DNA of 34,503 nucleotides, taken from an uncultured Porphyromonadaceae bacterium (lineage in GTDB: Bacteria; Bacteroidota; Bacteroidia; Bacteroidales; UBA12481). The translations under genes and the position numbers were made by a program. Below the pieces are notes generated by a model. That model was not told the origin of the DNA, did not search any database, and worked only from the letters and a program-made list of their open reading frames with translations. The DNA is taken from contig CAYXQX010000001.1 in the NCBI GenBank assembly GCA_964467485.1, positions 1 through 34,503 of the forward strand, given 5' to 3'. How positions within the stretch are numbered: position 1 is the first letter of the stretch; each line of letters begins with the position of its first letter. Shown here in pieces: positions 9,706-16,745 of this stretch.

Positions 9706-9741
9706 GATTTGAAAAGACTTGTTTCTGTAAATATAGAGATT

Positions 9742-9780
9742 TGTCAACTAGATGTACAGCATCTGTCAAATATGTGGACA
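9742..9780. promoter_or_regulatory. Two tandem 17-bp partially palindromic sites (TGTC-N9-(G/T)ACA). Candidate enhancer-binding-protein UAS.
   Basis: TGTCAACTAGATGTACA lies at 9742..9758 and TGTCAAATATGTGGACA at 9764..9780. They share 13/17 positions and sit 22 bp centre to centre. They lie 65-100 bp upstream of the candidate -24/-12 element. Confidence 0.3.
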
Positions 9781-9844
9781 TATAAGATTAACAAATCCTA
9801 TATCAATTTTTATAATTGGCTGATCAGCAGGCCAGTAAGATATG

Positions 9845-9860
9845 TGGCATAAAGCTTGAA
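9845..9860 (+). promoter_or_regulatory. Candidate sigma54 (-24/-12) promoter for the ABC exporter operon
   Basis: TGGCAT-AAAGC-TTGAA compared with the consensus TGGCAC-N5-TTGCW. The GG-N10 spacing is correct, but the -12 dinucleotide is GA rather than GC. It lies only ~13 nt before the ATG at 9873, so the mRNA would be nearly leaderless. Confidence 0.3.
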
Positions 9861-9872
9861 TATAAACACACT

Positions 9873-10553
9873 ATGGTAAAAATTGAAAAATTAACAAAAG
9901 TATTTAGTACTGAAGACATTGAAACTTCAGCACTAAGAAGTGTGAATATCCATGTGAACGAAGGAGATTTTGTTGCAATTATGGGGCCATCCGGGTGTGG
10001 AAAATCCACCTTACTTAATATTATTGGCTTGTTAGATAGTTCAACTTCCGGTACTTATATATTTAATGGAACAGACATTACTAACTATAAAGAAAAAGAT
10101 CGGACTCAATTTCGCAGGGGGAATATTGGCTTCATTTTTCAGAGTTTCAATCTGATCGATGGAATAAATATTTATAATAATGTTGAACTCCCATTAATGT
10201 ATCTGAAAATGAAAGCTTCTGAGCGACGTAGCAAGGTTGAAGAAGTATTAAAGCGGATGAAGATCGGCCATAGAGCAAAACACTTTCCTCAACAGCTTTC
10301 TGGAGGGCAACAACAACGTGTAGCTATTGCCAGAGCGGTTATTGCTGGTCCACAACTAATTCTGGCAGACGAGCCTACTGGTAACCTTGATTCAAAAAAT
10401 GGTATTGAAGTGATGAATCTATTATCAGACCTTAATAAGGAAGGAGCCACCGTTTTGATGGTTACTCACTCCAATCGAGATGCCCATTTTGCCCATAAAG
10501 CAATAAACTTGCTTGATGGACAAATAGTTGCTAAAAATGCAAATGAAATGTAA
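9873..10553 (+). CDS. ABC transporter ATP-binding protein, MacB/LolD-like
   Basis: Walker A GPSGCGKST, Q-loop, signature LSGGQQQRVAIARA, and Walker B LILADEPTGNLD. I prefer the ATG at 9873 (MVKIEKLTKVF). The track start at 9816 is a TTG. Confidence 0.9.
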   Translation: MVKIEKLTKVFSTEDIETSALRSVNIHVNEGDFVAIMGPSGCGKSTLLNIIGLLDSSTSGTYIFNGTDITNYKEKDRTQFRRGNIGFIFQSFNLIDGINIYNNVELPLMYLKMKASERRSKVEEVLKRMKIGHRAKHFPQQLSGGQQQRVAIARAVIAGPQLILADEPTGNLDSKNGIEVMNLLSDLNKEGATVLMVTHSNRDAHFAHKAINLLDGQIVAKNANEM

Positions 10554-10592
10554 TCCCCTAACAGGCCAGATTCAACTTTTTAAAATTAAATC

Positions 10593-12947
10593 ATGATAAG
10601 ATATTATTTCAAAATTGCCCTTGCAAATATTAGACAAAGTAAAGTCTATTCCTTTATAAGCATTTCAAGCCTTACTGTTGGAATGGCTATCAGTATATTA
10701 CTTTTAATCTACGTTTCAGATGAATTGAGTTTTGACCGGTTTCATGACAAATCTGACAATATCTACCGATTATGCCATGAGGATCATCCCTATCAAGCAC
10801 CTCAAACAGCACAAATTCTGCTTGATCAGCTTCCAGAGATAGTTAACGGAGCACGAATTCTCCCGAGAAATAATATAACTGTTCAAATTGGGGATCACCG
10901 TTTTATTGAAATGGAAGTGGCCTTTGCTGATGCAGAACTTTTTAATATTTTCTCCTTTAATTTTAATAAAGGCCAGGCAGAAGCAGCCCTTGTGCAACCT
11001 GGGGCAATTGTTATATCGGAAAAAATAGCAGAAAAATATTTTGGCGAGAAAAATCCGATGGGCGAAATACTGAGGCTCGAAAATGAACGTGATTATACGA
11101 TTACGGGTGTAATTGAGAATATCCCAACGAACTCTCACTTTCGCTATGACTTTTTTGTCACCCTTTCTGATGCCAATGAAGTTTATGGAAAGGAGTTAAT
11201 GAATAATTTTGGCTGGGAAAATTTCCTCGTGTATTTTGAGATACAGGATGAATTCTCAGTGCCAGATCTGGAAGCAAAAATTGACAATTTATTAGATCGG
11301 AATGATGACCCGGATGATCCCCAAGTGAAATATCATATTCAAGAGCTGAAAGATATTCATCTTCATTCTGCGCATTTTAATAATGATATTCAGCCTCAGA
11401 ACAGCATTACTTACGTACTTATATTTTCAGCTATTGGTTTACTAATTCTGCTGATAGCATGTTTTAATTATATTAATCTTTTAACTGCCAACGCAACTAC
11501 CAGAGTAACTGAAATTGGAGTCAGAAAAAGCTTTGGAGCATCTCGAAGTCAATTGTCAAAGCAATTCATTTGTGAATCTGTTACGATTCTCTTGATTTCA
11601 ACAGTCCTGGCCCTTATTCTTGTTAAAACTATTTTACCAATTTTTAATGAACTATCTGGAAAAGATCTTTCAATGTTGATCCTATTAGATAGGAATAATA
11701 TTCTCGGCATTCTCGGCATGATGCTAATCGTCTCTTTAATATCTGGTTGGTATCCTGCTTTTATTCTATCCTCCTTCAAGCCCATGAAAGTGCTAAAAGC
11801 ATCAAGCCATAGTGGGGGTTCTAAAATTCAATTCAAGAAAATACTTATAGGTGCTCAATTTACTATCGTCATAGCCTTAATCGCATGTTCAATGATCATG
11901 TTGCGTCAGATTAATTTTCTTGAACATAAGGAGTTGGGATTTGATAAGGAGTCTGTTCTGGTTGCAGAATTTAATCTCGGAAATCAGGAAAGATATAATA
12001 CAGTTAAGCAGGCCCTACTCGCTCAAAGTATTGTATCCAAAGTTTCCGCTGCTAGTCGAGTTCCTTCAGATGATCTCAGTAATTATGGGGGTGTATTACC
12101 GGAAGGACAAACAGAATGGCATGGAATACCATTTGTTCATGTGAATTTCGATTACTTTGATTTACTGGGCATAAAGGCAAAACAAGGAAGAGTTTTTTCA
12201 AGTGAGATAAAATCAGATTCTACTGAGTCTGTTATTCTTAACGAAGCTGCCTTAAAAGAATTGGGCATTCAGGGAGATCCAATAGGTCAAAGGCTCCAGT
12301 GCTCTTGGCCTCGATCTGAACGAACAATAGTTGGTGTTATTAATGATGTTAATTTTGAATCATTGTATGGCAATGTTAGACCAACATTATTTGTAATTCA
12401 CTATGATAATTGTTATCTGCTTATGGTCAAGGCATCATCTTCAGCTGCTGTCAATACCGTCGATGTCATTACAAAAACCTGCTATGATATTTATCCCGAT
12501 GAGATCATCGATTTTCATTATTTAGATGTGAAGCTGGAGCAACTTTATAAAAAGGATAAAAATACATTTCATCTAATGAGTTACTTTACAATAGTGGCAA
12601 TTCTGCTTTCTTGTATGGGTTTGCTTGGTATGGTCTCATTCATATTAGTAAGACGGACAAAGGAAATAGGAATTCGAAAAGTTAATGGGGCAACAATTTT
12701 TGAAATCATGCAAATGCTAAACCTGAGTTTTGTCAAGTGGATGGTCATTTCTTTTGTAATAGCAGTTCCGGTAGCCTATTTTGTGATGAATAGGTGGCTG
12801 GAAAGTTTTGCCTATAAAACAGCACTTAGTTGGTGGCTTTTTGCATTGACCGGTGTTATTTCTCTGGTAATTGTTCTGACCACTGTTAGCTGGATGACCT
12901 ATAATGCAGCCCGGAGAAATCCAATTAAGTCATTGCGATATGAGTAA
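10593..12947 (+). CDS. ABC transporter permease with duplicated FtsX domains and MacB-type periplasmic domains (784 aa)
   Basis: An N-terminal TM helix is followed by a large extracytoplasmic domain and a 3-TM FtsX block, and this layout is then repeated. This is the typical Bacteroidota double-FtsX architecture. The gene starts 40 nt after the ATPase gene. Confidence 0.85.
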   Translation: MIRYYFKIALANIRQSKVYSFISISSLTVGMAISILLLIYVSDELSFDRFHDKSDNIYRLCHEDHPYQAPQTAQILLDQLPEIVNGARILPRNNITVQIGDHRFIEMEVAFADAELFNIFSFNFNKGQAEAALVQPGAIVISEKIAEKYFGEKNPMGEILRLENERDYTITGVIENIPTNSHFRYDFFVTLSDANEVYGKELMNNFGWENFLVYFEIQDEFSVPDLEAKIDNLLDRNDDPDDPQVKYHIQELKDIHLHSAHFNNDIQPQNSITYVLIFSAIGLLILLIACFNYINLLTANATTRVTEIGVRKSFGASRSQLSKQFICESVTILLISTVLALILVKTILPIFNELSGKDLSMLILLDRNNILGILGMMLIVSLISGWYPAFILSSFKPMKVLKASSHSGGSKIQFKKILIGAQFTIVIALIACSMIMLRQINFLEHKELGFDKESVLVAEFNLGNQERYNTVKQALLAQSIVSKVSAASRVPSDDLSNYGGVLPEGQTEWHGIPFVHVNFDYFDLLGIKAKQGRVFSSEIKSDSTESVILNEAALKELGIQGDPIGQRLQCSWPRSERTIVGVINDVNFESLYGNVRPTLFVIHYDNCYLLMVKASSSAAVNTVDVITKTCYDIYPDEIIDFHYLDVKLEQLYKKDKNTFHLMSYFTIVAILLSCMGLLGMVSFILVRRTKEIGIRKVNGATIFEIMQMLNLSFVKWMVISFVIAVPVAYFVMNRWLESFAYKTALSWWLFALTGVISLVIVLTTVSWMTYNAARRNPIKSLRYE

Positions 12948-13083
12948 TTTATTGTTTTTTCAACTTGGCTTCTAAAATTCTTGACTATAGTAATTGTTGA
13001 GTAAGAACAAACAGGATAAGATTATTTAGATTACAATTTTCAACCTTGAAGTTTTATTCAGCTCAAATCTACGATGAGGATAC

Positions 13084-13110
13084 AAAAAAAGGCCTCCATT
13101 TCTGGAGACC
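13084..13110 (-). terminator. Intrinsic terminator oriented for minus-strand transcription
   Basis: The minus-strand RNA would be GGUCUCCA-GAAA-UGGAGGCC followed by U7. On the plus strand this reads A7-GGCCTCCATTTCTGGAGACC. Confidence 0.65.
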
Positions 13111-13132
13111 TCACTATATTCTTAGGAGTTGA

Positions 13133-13378
13133 TTATTTCTCAACTACAGAAAGTCGCTTTTTCGCTTTACCAAAATAAGCGCTATTATAACCTGTCAATT
13201 CTGCTATTTCATTTACTTTCATTCTCATCATAATCCAATTTCACAGGAGTGAGCTGCTTATTAGTTAGCTAATCATCCGTTTTTTCAGGAGATTGTTGAA
13301 GTCAGTGAAAAAAAAGATTAAGGGTGTCTGACTGGATGTGCTGGATAAATTTGTACTTCTCTTAGCTAGATTTTCTAA
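13133..13378 (-). pseudogene. Decayed C-terminal HTH domain of an AraC/XylS-family regulator
   Basis: One minus frame reads LENLAKRSTNLSSTSSQTPLIFFFTDFNNLLKKRMIS*LISSSLL*NWIMMRMKVNEIAELTGYNSAYFGKAKKRLSVVEK*. Its spacing and key residues line up with the double-HTH AraC domain. For comparison, MarA reads LEKVSERSGYS...YIRSRKM...[21 protein letters not shown]. Two in-frame stops are present, and a T8 run sits in the degenerate middle part. No N-terminal domain ORF is present upstream. Confidence 0.45.
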
Positions 13379-13711
13379 TTACCATGGCTAATGTATTCAG
13401 CTCACAATATTTTAAAAGAGAGATACATAAATCATCACTCTCAAAATCCAACCAAACATGATTCCCAGTATGGTTTAGACTTGATAAACTAATGTCTCTC
13501 AACGGTCGAGAATACTTTTGTTGTAAAAATGGGCTGGAATTTAATGACGCAGGTAATATATATTTGAGAGAATTTGATCCTTCGGTGTGAGGATTATAAT
13601 AATATGATTTTAACCACTTTCAAAAGGTCAATCATGTTCCTTTCACCTTTCCATTATTCAGGTGAATCATTAGTTGAATGTGTGATTATCTGAATAAACT
13701 CCATTAGTTCA

Positions 13712-13744
13712 TTCTTGTCTTCTTCATCTGATTTTGTAACTTTG
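13712..13744 (+). promoter_or_regulatory. Candidate promoter of the FISUMP lipoprotein gene
   Basis: TAACTTTG (13737..13744) matches TAnnTTTG and lies 26 nt before the ATG. A weak CTTG sits about 20 nt upstream. Confidence 0.3.
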
Positions 13745-13769
13745 GTATACAATACTTATTCATCAAAGC

Positions 13770-14771
13770 ATGTTGCAACACGTGAGATTCTCTCAATTTG
13801 TTTTTGTGTTTCTTCTTGTATTCAGTTCTTGTCAGAAGGAGAACCATCCTCCTATTATCGAAAGCTTGTTTGCGATTCCAGATACAGTTCAGCCCGGTGA
13901 TACCGTTGAACTTCATTGCACCGCAACAGATGAAGACGGTGAAGACTTAGTGTTTTACTGGTTTTTTCAGGGTTCAGGTTTTTCCAATCCAATATGGGTG
14001 GCACCGGATGATCCAGGAGATTATTACCTACACGTTAGAGTAAGTGATCAAACTGACTATGTGGAAGATAGTCTTTTGATTCTGGTTCGTGGTACAGGAA
14101 GATTCATAGATTCAAGGGATGGCAAGGTGTATCGGTACGTCACGATTGGATCACAGACCTGGATGGCAGAGAACCTGATGTATCTAAGTAAGATTACTCC
14201 TGCAGATTCAATGTCATCTTCAGAAAAGTGCTATTATGTTTGCGGTTATGAGGGTGACAATGTTGCTGAAGCGAAAGCCTCCCAGACTTATATAACCTAC
14301 GGTGTTTGGTATAACTGGCCAGCAGCAATGGATGGAGTGATTAGCTCTGGTGATGCGTCGTTCCGGGTACAAGGAGTTTGCCCTTCGGGTTGGCATCTGC
14401 CAAGCGATGAAGAATGGGCAATTCTTGAGGAAAGTCTGGGCATGAGTGAGTCGGAATTTTACAAGGATGGATGGCGATATTCTGGTACCGTTGGGGGGAA
14501 GCTAAAGGAAGCAGGCACCATTCATTGGTCAGAACCGAATTACGAAGCCACTAATTCGAGCGGTTTTAAAGCCCTTCCTGCAGGTGGTCGCGATCAAAGT
14601 AAAGGCTCTTGCAGCCTGACAAAGGGAGAAATAGCTCAATATTGGACAGCCACTGCTTACGATAAAAATTTATCCTGGTACAGGAACCTTTTCTACCTTG
14701 ACGGAGGAATTGGCCGGCACCGGTATTACAAATATGGGGGACGTTCAGTCCGCTGTTTGAGAGATGACTAA
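13770..14771 (+). CDS. Lipoprotein with an Ig/PKD-like domain and a FISUMP domain (Fibrobacter succinogenes major paralogous domain)
   Basis: Lipobox VFSSC. The FISUMP hallmarks are present in order: DSRDGKVYRYVTIGSQTWMAENL, YNW, CPSGWHLPSDEEW, GGKLK, TNSSGFKALPAGGR, GRSVRCLRD. Confidence 0.8.
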   Translation: MLQHVRFSQFVFVFLLVFSSCQKENHPPIIESLFAIPDTVQPGDTVELHCTATDEDGEDLVFYWFFQGSGFSNPIWVAPDDPGDYYLHVRVSDQTDYVEDSLLILVRGTGRFIDSRDGKVYRYVTIGSQTWMAENLMYLSKITPADSMSSSEKCYYVCGYEGDNVAEAKASQTYITYGVWYNWPAAMDGVISSGDASFRVQGVCPSGWHLPSDEEWAILEESLGMSESEFYKDGWRYSGTVGGKLKEAGTIHWSEPNYEATNSSGFKALPAGGRDQSKGSCSLTKGEIAQYWTATAYDKNLSWYRNLFYLDGGIGRHRYYKYGGRSVRCLRDD

Positions 14772-15042
14772 AGATGATAAAGACTATCTTTCTCCTCAGA
14801 ATGTCTTACTCAACCTAGTCGTGCTCATTTTGTGCTCACCTTGTTTTATTCTGAATCTGAAAACAGATATTTTCCCTCCTTTATTCCTCACGAAATGACC
14901 TCAATTCTCCCGCTTCCTATACAAACACTCAATAAACAGGGGTATCATTAGAAAAAACATATTATCCTTGCATCGCTTAATTTGAATATCAGGCCAATAA
15001 GTAGACATTCTTCATCAAAAAGCTCTTCGTCACCGGACTTAA

Positions 15043-15474
15043 CTAGCCCCCCCACAGTCCGATTTTATCAGGATTCACAATATTAAGTTGTCTTAATTTT
15101 TCAATTGCGACTAATGCTTCATTTGCACTACTCTGAACAGTCTGATTGGGTTTATATTCTCCTTCGCTTTTTCCGCAACCAGCTTTATCCCAGACACAAC
15201 ATGCAAATCCAGCATTTACAAATTCCGAACGTATATTATAATACGTGTTAAAACGGTTGTTTTTTTCAATGTTCGTTTTTCCGTGACCATGAATAATTAC
15301 AATTATTTCTGATGGTTTCCCTTCTGTTGGCAAGTCAAGTAGTCCGCTATATTTTTTACCGTCATACTCGAAAGTAAATTCTTCCGTTTTCATTTGCCCA
15401 TACGTTAACTGGCATGTAGTACTTATTATTATGGCAATTAAGCTTAATAAAATGGGTGTTTTTTTGAAACTCAT
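15043..15474 (-). pseudogene. 5' fragment of a secreted alpha/beta-hydrolase (S9/dienelactone-hydrolase-like), truncated at the nucleophile elbow
   Basis: A signal peptide is followed by IVIIHGHGK and DKAGCGKSEG. The ORF then ends GLWGG*, exactly where GxSxG is expected. The stop follows a G7 run (C7 on the plus strand, 15047..15053). Neither +1 nor -1 slippage restores a hydrolase-like continuation, and no ORF is found in the following 270 bp. Confidence 0.6.
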
Positions 15475-15675
15475 AGTTTTAAATTTTGCTGTTTTATTAG
15501 CATAAATTGCAGAAAGACTATGAGAGGTTTGGTAAACAGTTTTTTACCCCGTTTATATCCACTTATCAACATGTTACTGTTGAACAATATCCATTAAGCA
15601 GCACATTGTCAGGCAAATAGCATTGTTGGAATAGTCAAGATATCTTCGGGAATCCCCGGCAGCATTGAAAAGGAG

Positions 15676-15747
15676 TAGCCCCACCAGGACTCGAACCTGA
15701 ATCTGAAGTTTAGGAAACTTCTGTTCTATCCCTTGAACTATGGGGCC
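15676..15747 (-). tRNA. tRNA-Arg (anticodon CCT)
   Basis: The reverse complement is GGCCCCATAGTTCAAGGGATAGAACAGAAGTTTCCTAAACTTCAGATTCAGGTTCGAGTCCTGGTGGGGCTA. The anticodon stem is GAAGT/ACTTC with loop TTCCTAA. It is identical to the other tRNA-Arg outside the anticodon arm and variable loop. Confidence 0.9.
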
Positions 15748-15762
15748 AAAAAATAGTGGATG

Positions 15763-15770
15763 CAAAGGTA
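15763..15770 (-). promoter_or_regulatory. Candidate -7 box (TACCTTTG) of tRNA-Arg(CCT)
   Basis: This is the same TACCTTTG octamer seen upstream of the other tRNA-Arg. It lies 16 nt upstream of the mature 5' end. Confidence 0.35.
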
Positions 15771-15778
15771 ATAAAAAT

Positions 15779-15834
15779 GTGACAATTGGACAATGCGGCA
15801 ATGTGGCAATGTGGCAATTGGACAATGAGGCACT
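15779..15834. repeat. Seven tandem 8-bp units (consensus KKGRCAAT on the plus strand, ATTGYCMM toward the tRNA)
   Basis: The units read GTGACAAT TGGACAAT GCGGCAAT GTGGCAAT GTGGCAAT TGGACAAT GAGGCACT. They are contiguous and sit immediately upstream of the tRNA -7 box. Confidence 0.8.
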
Positions 15835-15957
15835 TCCACGGATTGAAGCAAATCAGGATTTCAAATATTCAAGAGAAACCATTGAGCAAATCAGAGCCCT
15901 GACAATCGAAAATAATGAAGTGATGGTCCTGTTTACTCTGAAATAGATCCAACATTC

Positions 15958-15985
15958 GTAGAGACAGATTACAATCTGTCTCTAC
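15958..15985. terminator. Perfect 11-bp-stem hairpin between recO and the tRNA gene
   Basis: GTAGAGACAGA-TTACAA-TCTGTCTCTAC lies 30 nt downstream of the recO stop. The U-tract is poor on the minus strand and moderately T-rich on the plus strand. Confidence 0.4.
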
Positions 15986-16014
15986 TATGATGTTCATTGA
16001 TTTTATTCATTTAA

Positions 16015-16743
16015 TTAATCGTCGAAAATTTCTTTGAGAATCGCATAGGAACGAATTTCACCCATAGCGCTGAGGTGGATTTTATAGAAATCCAATAATC
16101 CTGATAAAAGATCATTGCGAAGCTTGCGGTTTAATGGGATTGAGTTTGCTTCTTCAAGGTTTGAATTAATAAATTGTGATAACAAACTGGCAGTTGGCGG
16201 ATTGAGGCTATTTGAGTATTCAGGAGGGTTTGAAGAAAAGCACCCATTTCTGAGATCAAAGTAATCATCTTGATTTTGACGATTATTAACTGGGAAAAAG
16301 CCCAGAAATCGTGTAAGGTGTATCAATACATACAAATGGAAGTTAGCTGTTCCTCCCTCGCACAATTCAAAATACCTAAGTGAATTTTCAAGAAAGCTGA
16401 AAAGCTCTGGGTTTGCTTCCTCCTCTTTAAGTGTGCGGTAAAGCACTTCTGCCAGAAACAAGGCCATTGTGCTTTTCACAGGATCAGAGGTAAGGCCGGT
16501 TAGGGGAATTACTGGTTGGGCTTCTTTTATTTGTTGCAACTCTCTGGATTCTTTATAGTAAACTTCCAGATCGAGTATGGACAGGTTGTGATAGAGGCTG
16601 ATTTTTTTATTTTTTCTTTTGCCTCTGGCGCCGGGTATAATAATGGACAAACGCCCCCTTTGATCAGTATAAAGGTGTAGAATAATACTGGTTTCCCCAT
16701 AGTTGAAGTGGTGGAGGACAATGCCGCGGAGTTTTTGAATCAT
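16015..16743 (-). CDS. recO: DNA repair/recombination mediator protein RecO
   Basis: 242 aa. The N-terminal OB-fold region (RGIVLHHFNYGETSIILHLYTDQRGRLS) and the overall length and layout are typical of RecO. ATG at 16743. Confidence 0.8.
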   Translation of the reverse strand: MIQKLRGIVLHHFNYGETSIILHLYTDQRGRLSIIIPGARGKRKNKKISLYHNLSILDLEVYYKESRELQQIKEAQPVIPLTGLTSDPVKSTMALFLAEVLYRTLKEEEANPELFSFLENSLRYFELCEGGTANFHLYVLIHLTRFLGFFPVNNRQNQDDYFDLRNGCFSSNPPEYSNSLNPPTASLLSQFINSNLEEANSIPLNRKLRNDLLSGLLDFYKIHLSAMGEIRSYAILKEIFDD

Positions 16744-16745
16744 GG

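Noticed and set aside
9706-9872. N-terminal extensions in the ORF track that use TTG/GTG starts (9747, 9816, 8344, 19130, 21860, 22555, 32647)
   Set aside because: In each case an ATG a few codons downstream gives the canonical family N-terminus or a proper signal peptide. The extensions look like artefacts of taking the longest ORF.
12948-13083. A plus-strand terminator expected right after the ABC permease gene
   Set aside because: I found no convincing hairpin with a T-run in this stretch. The only strong hairpin (13091..13110) is oriented for the minus strand, though it may act bidirectionally.
15041-15062. TAGCCCCCCCACAGTCCGA at the end of the truncated hydrolase resembles the tRNA 3' end TAGCCCCACCAGGACTCGA, a possible att remnant
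   Set aside because: Only 7 contiguous identical bases are shared, and the rest needs gaps. A match of this size is expected by chance in 34 kb.
6154-15747. A genomic island bounded by the two directly repeated tRNA-Arg genes
   Set aside because: I found no integrase, excisionase or transposase, and no partial tRNA 3'-end direct repeat. The tRNAs are complete paralogs with different anticodons, not att duplications. The block contains ordinary regulatory and transport genes.
15779-15834. The octamer array as a CRISPR or minisatellite-encoded peptide
   Set aside because: The units are 8 bp and contiguous, with no spacers. There are no cas genes and no supported ORF.
15574-15946. Two track ORFs: 15574..15825 (minus) and 15740..15946 (plus)
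   Set aside because: Both are read through the tRNA-Arg(CCT) gene and the octamer repeat. The repetitive peptide (CHIATLPHCPIV) is an artefact of translating the repeat.
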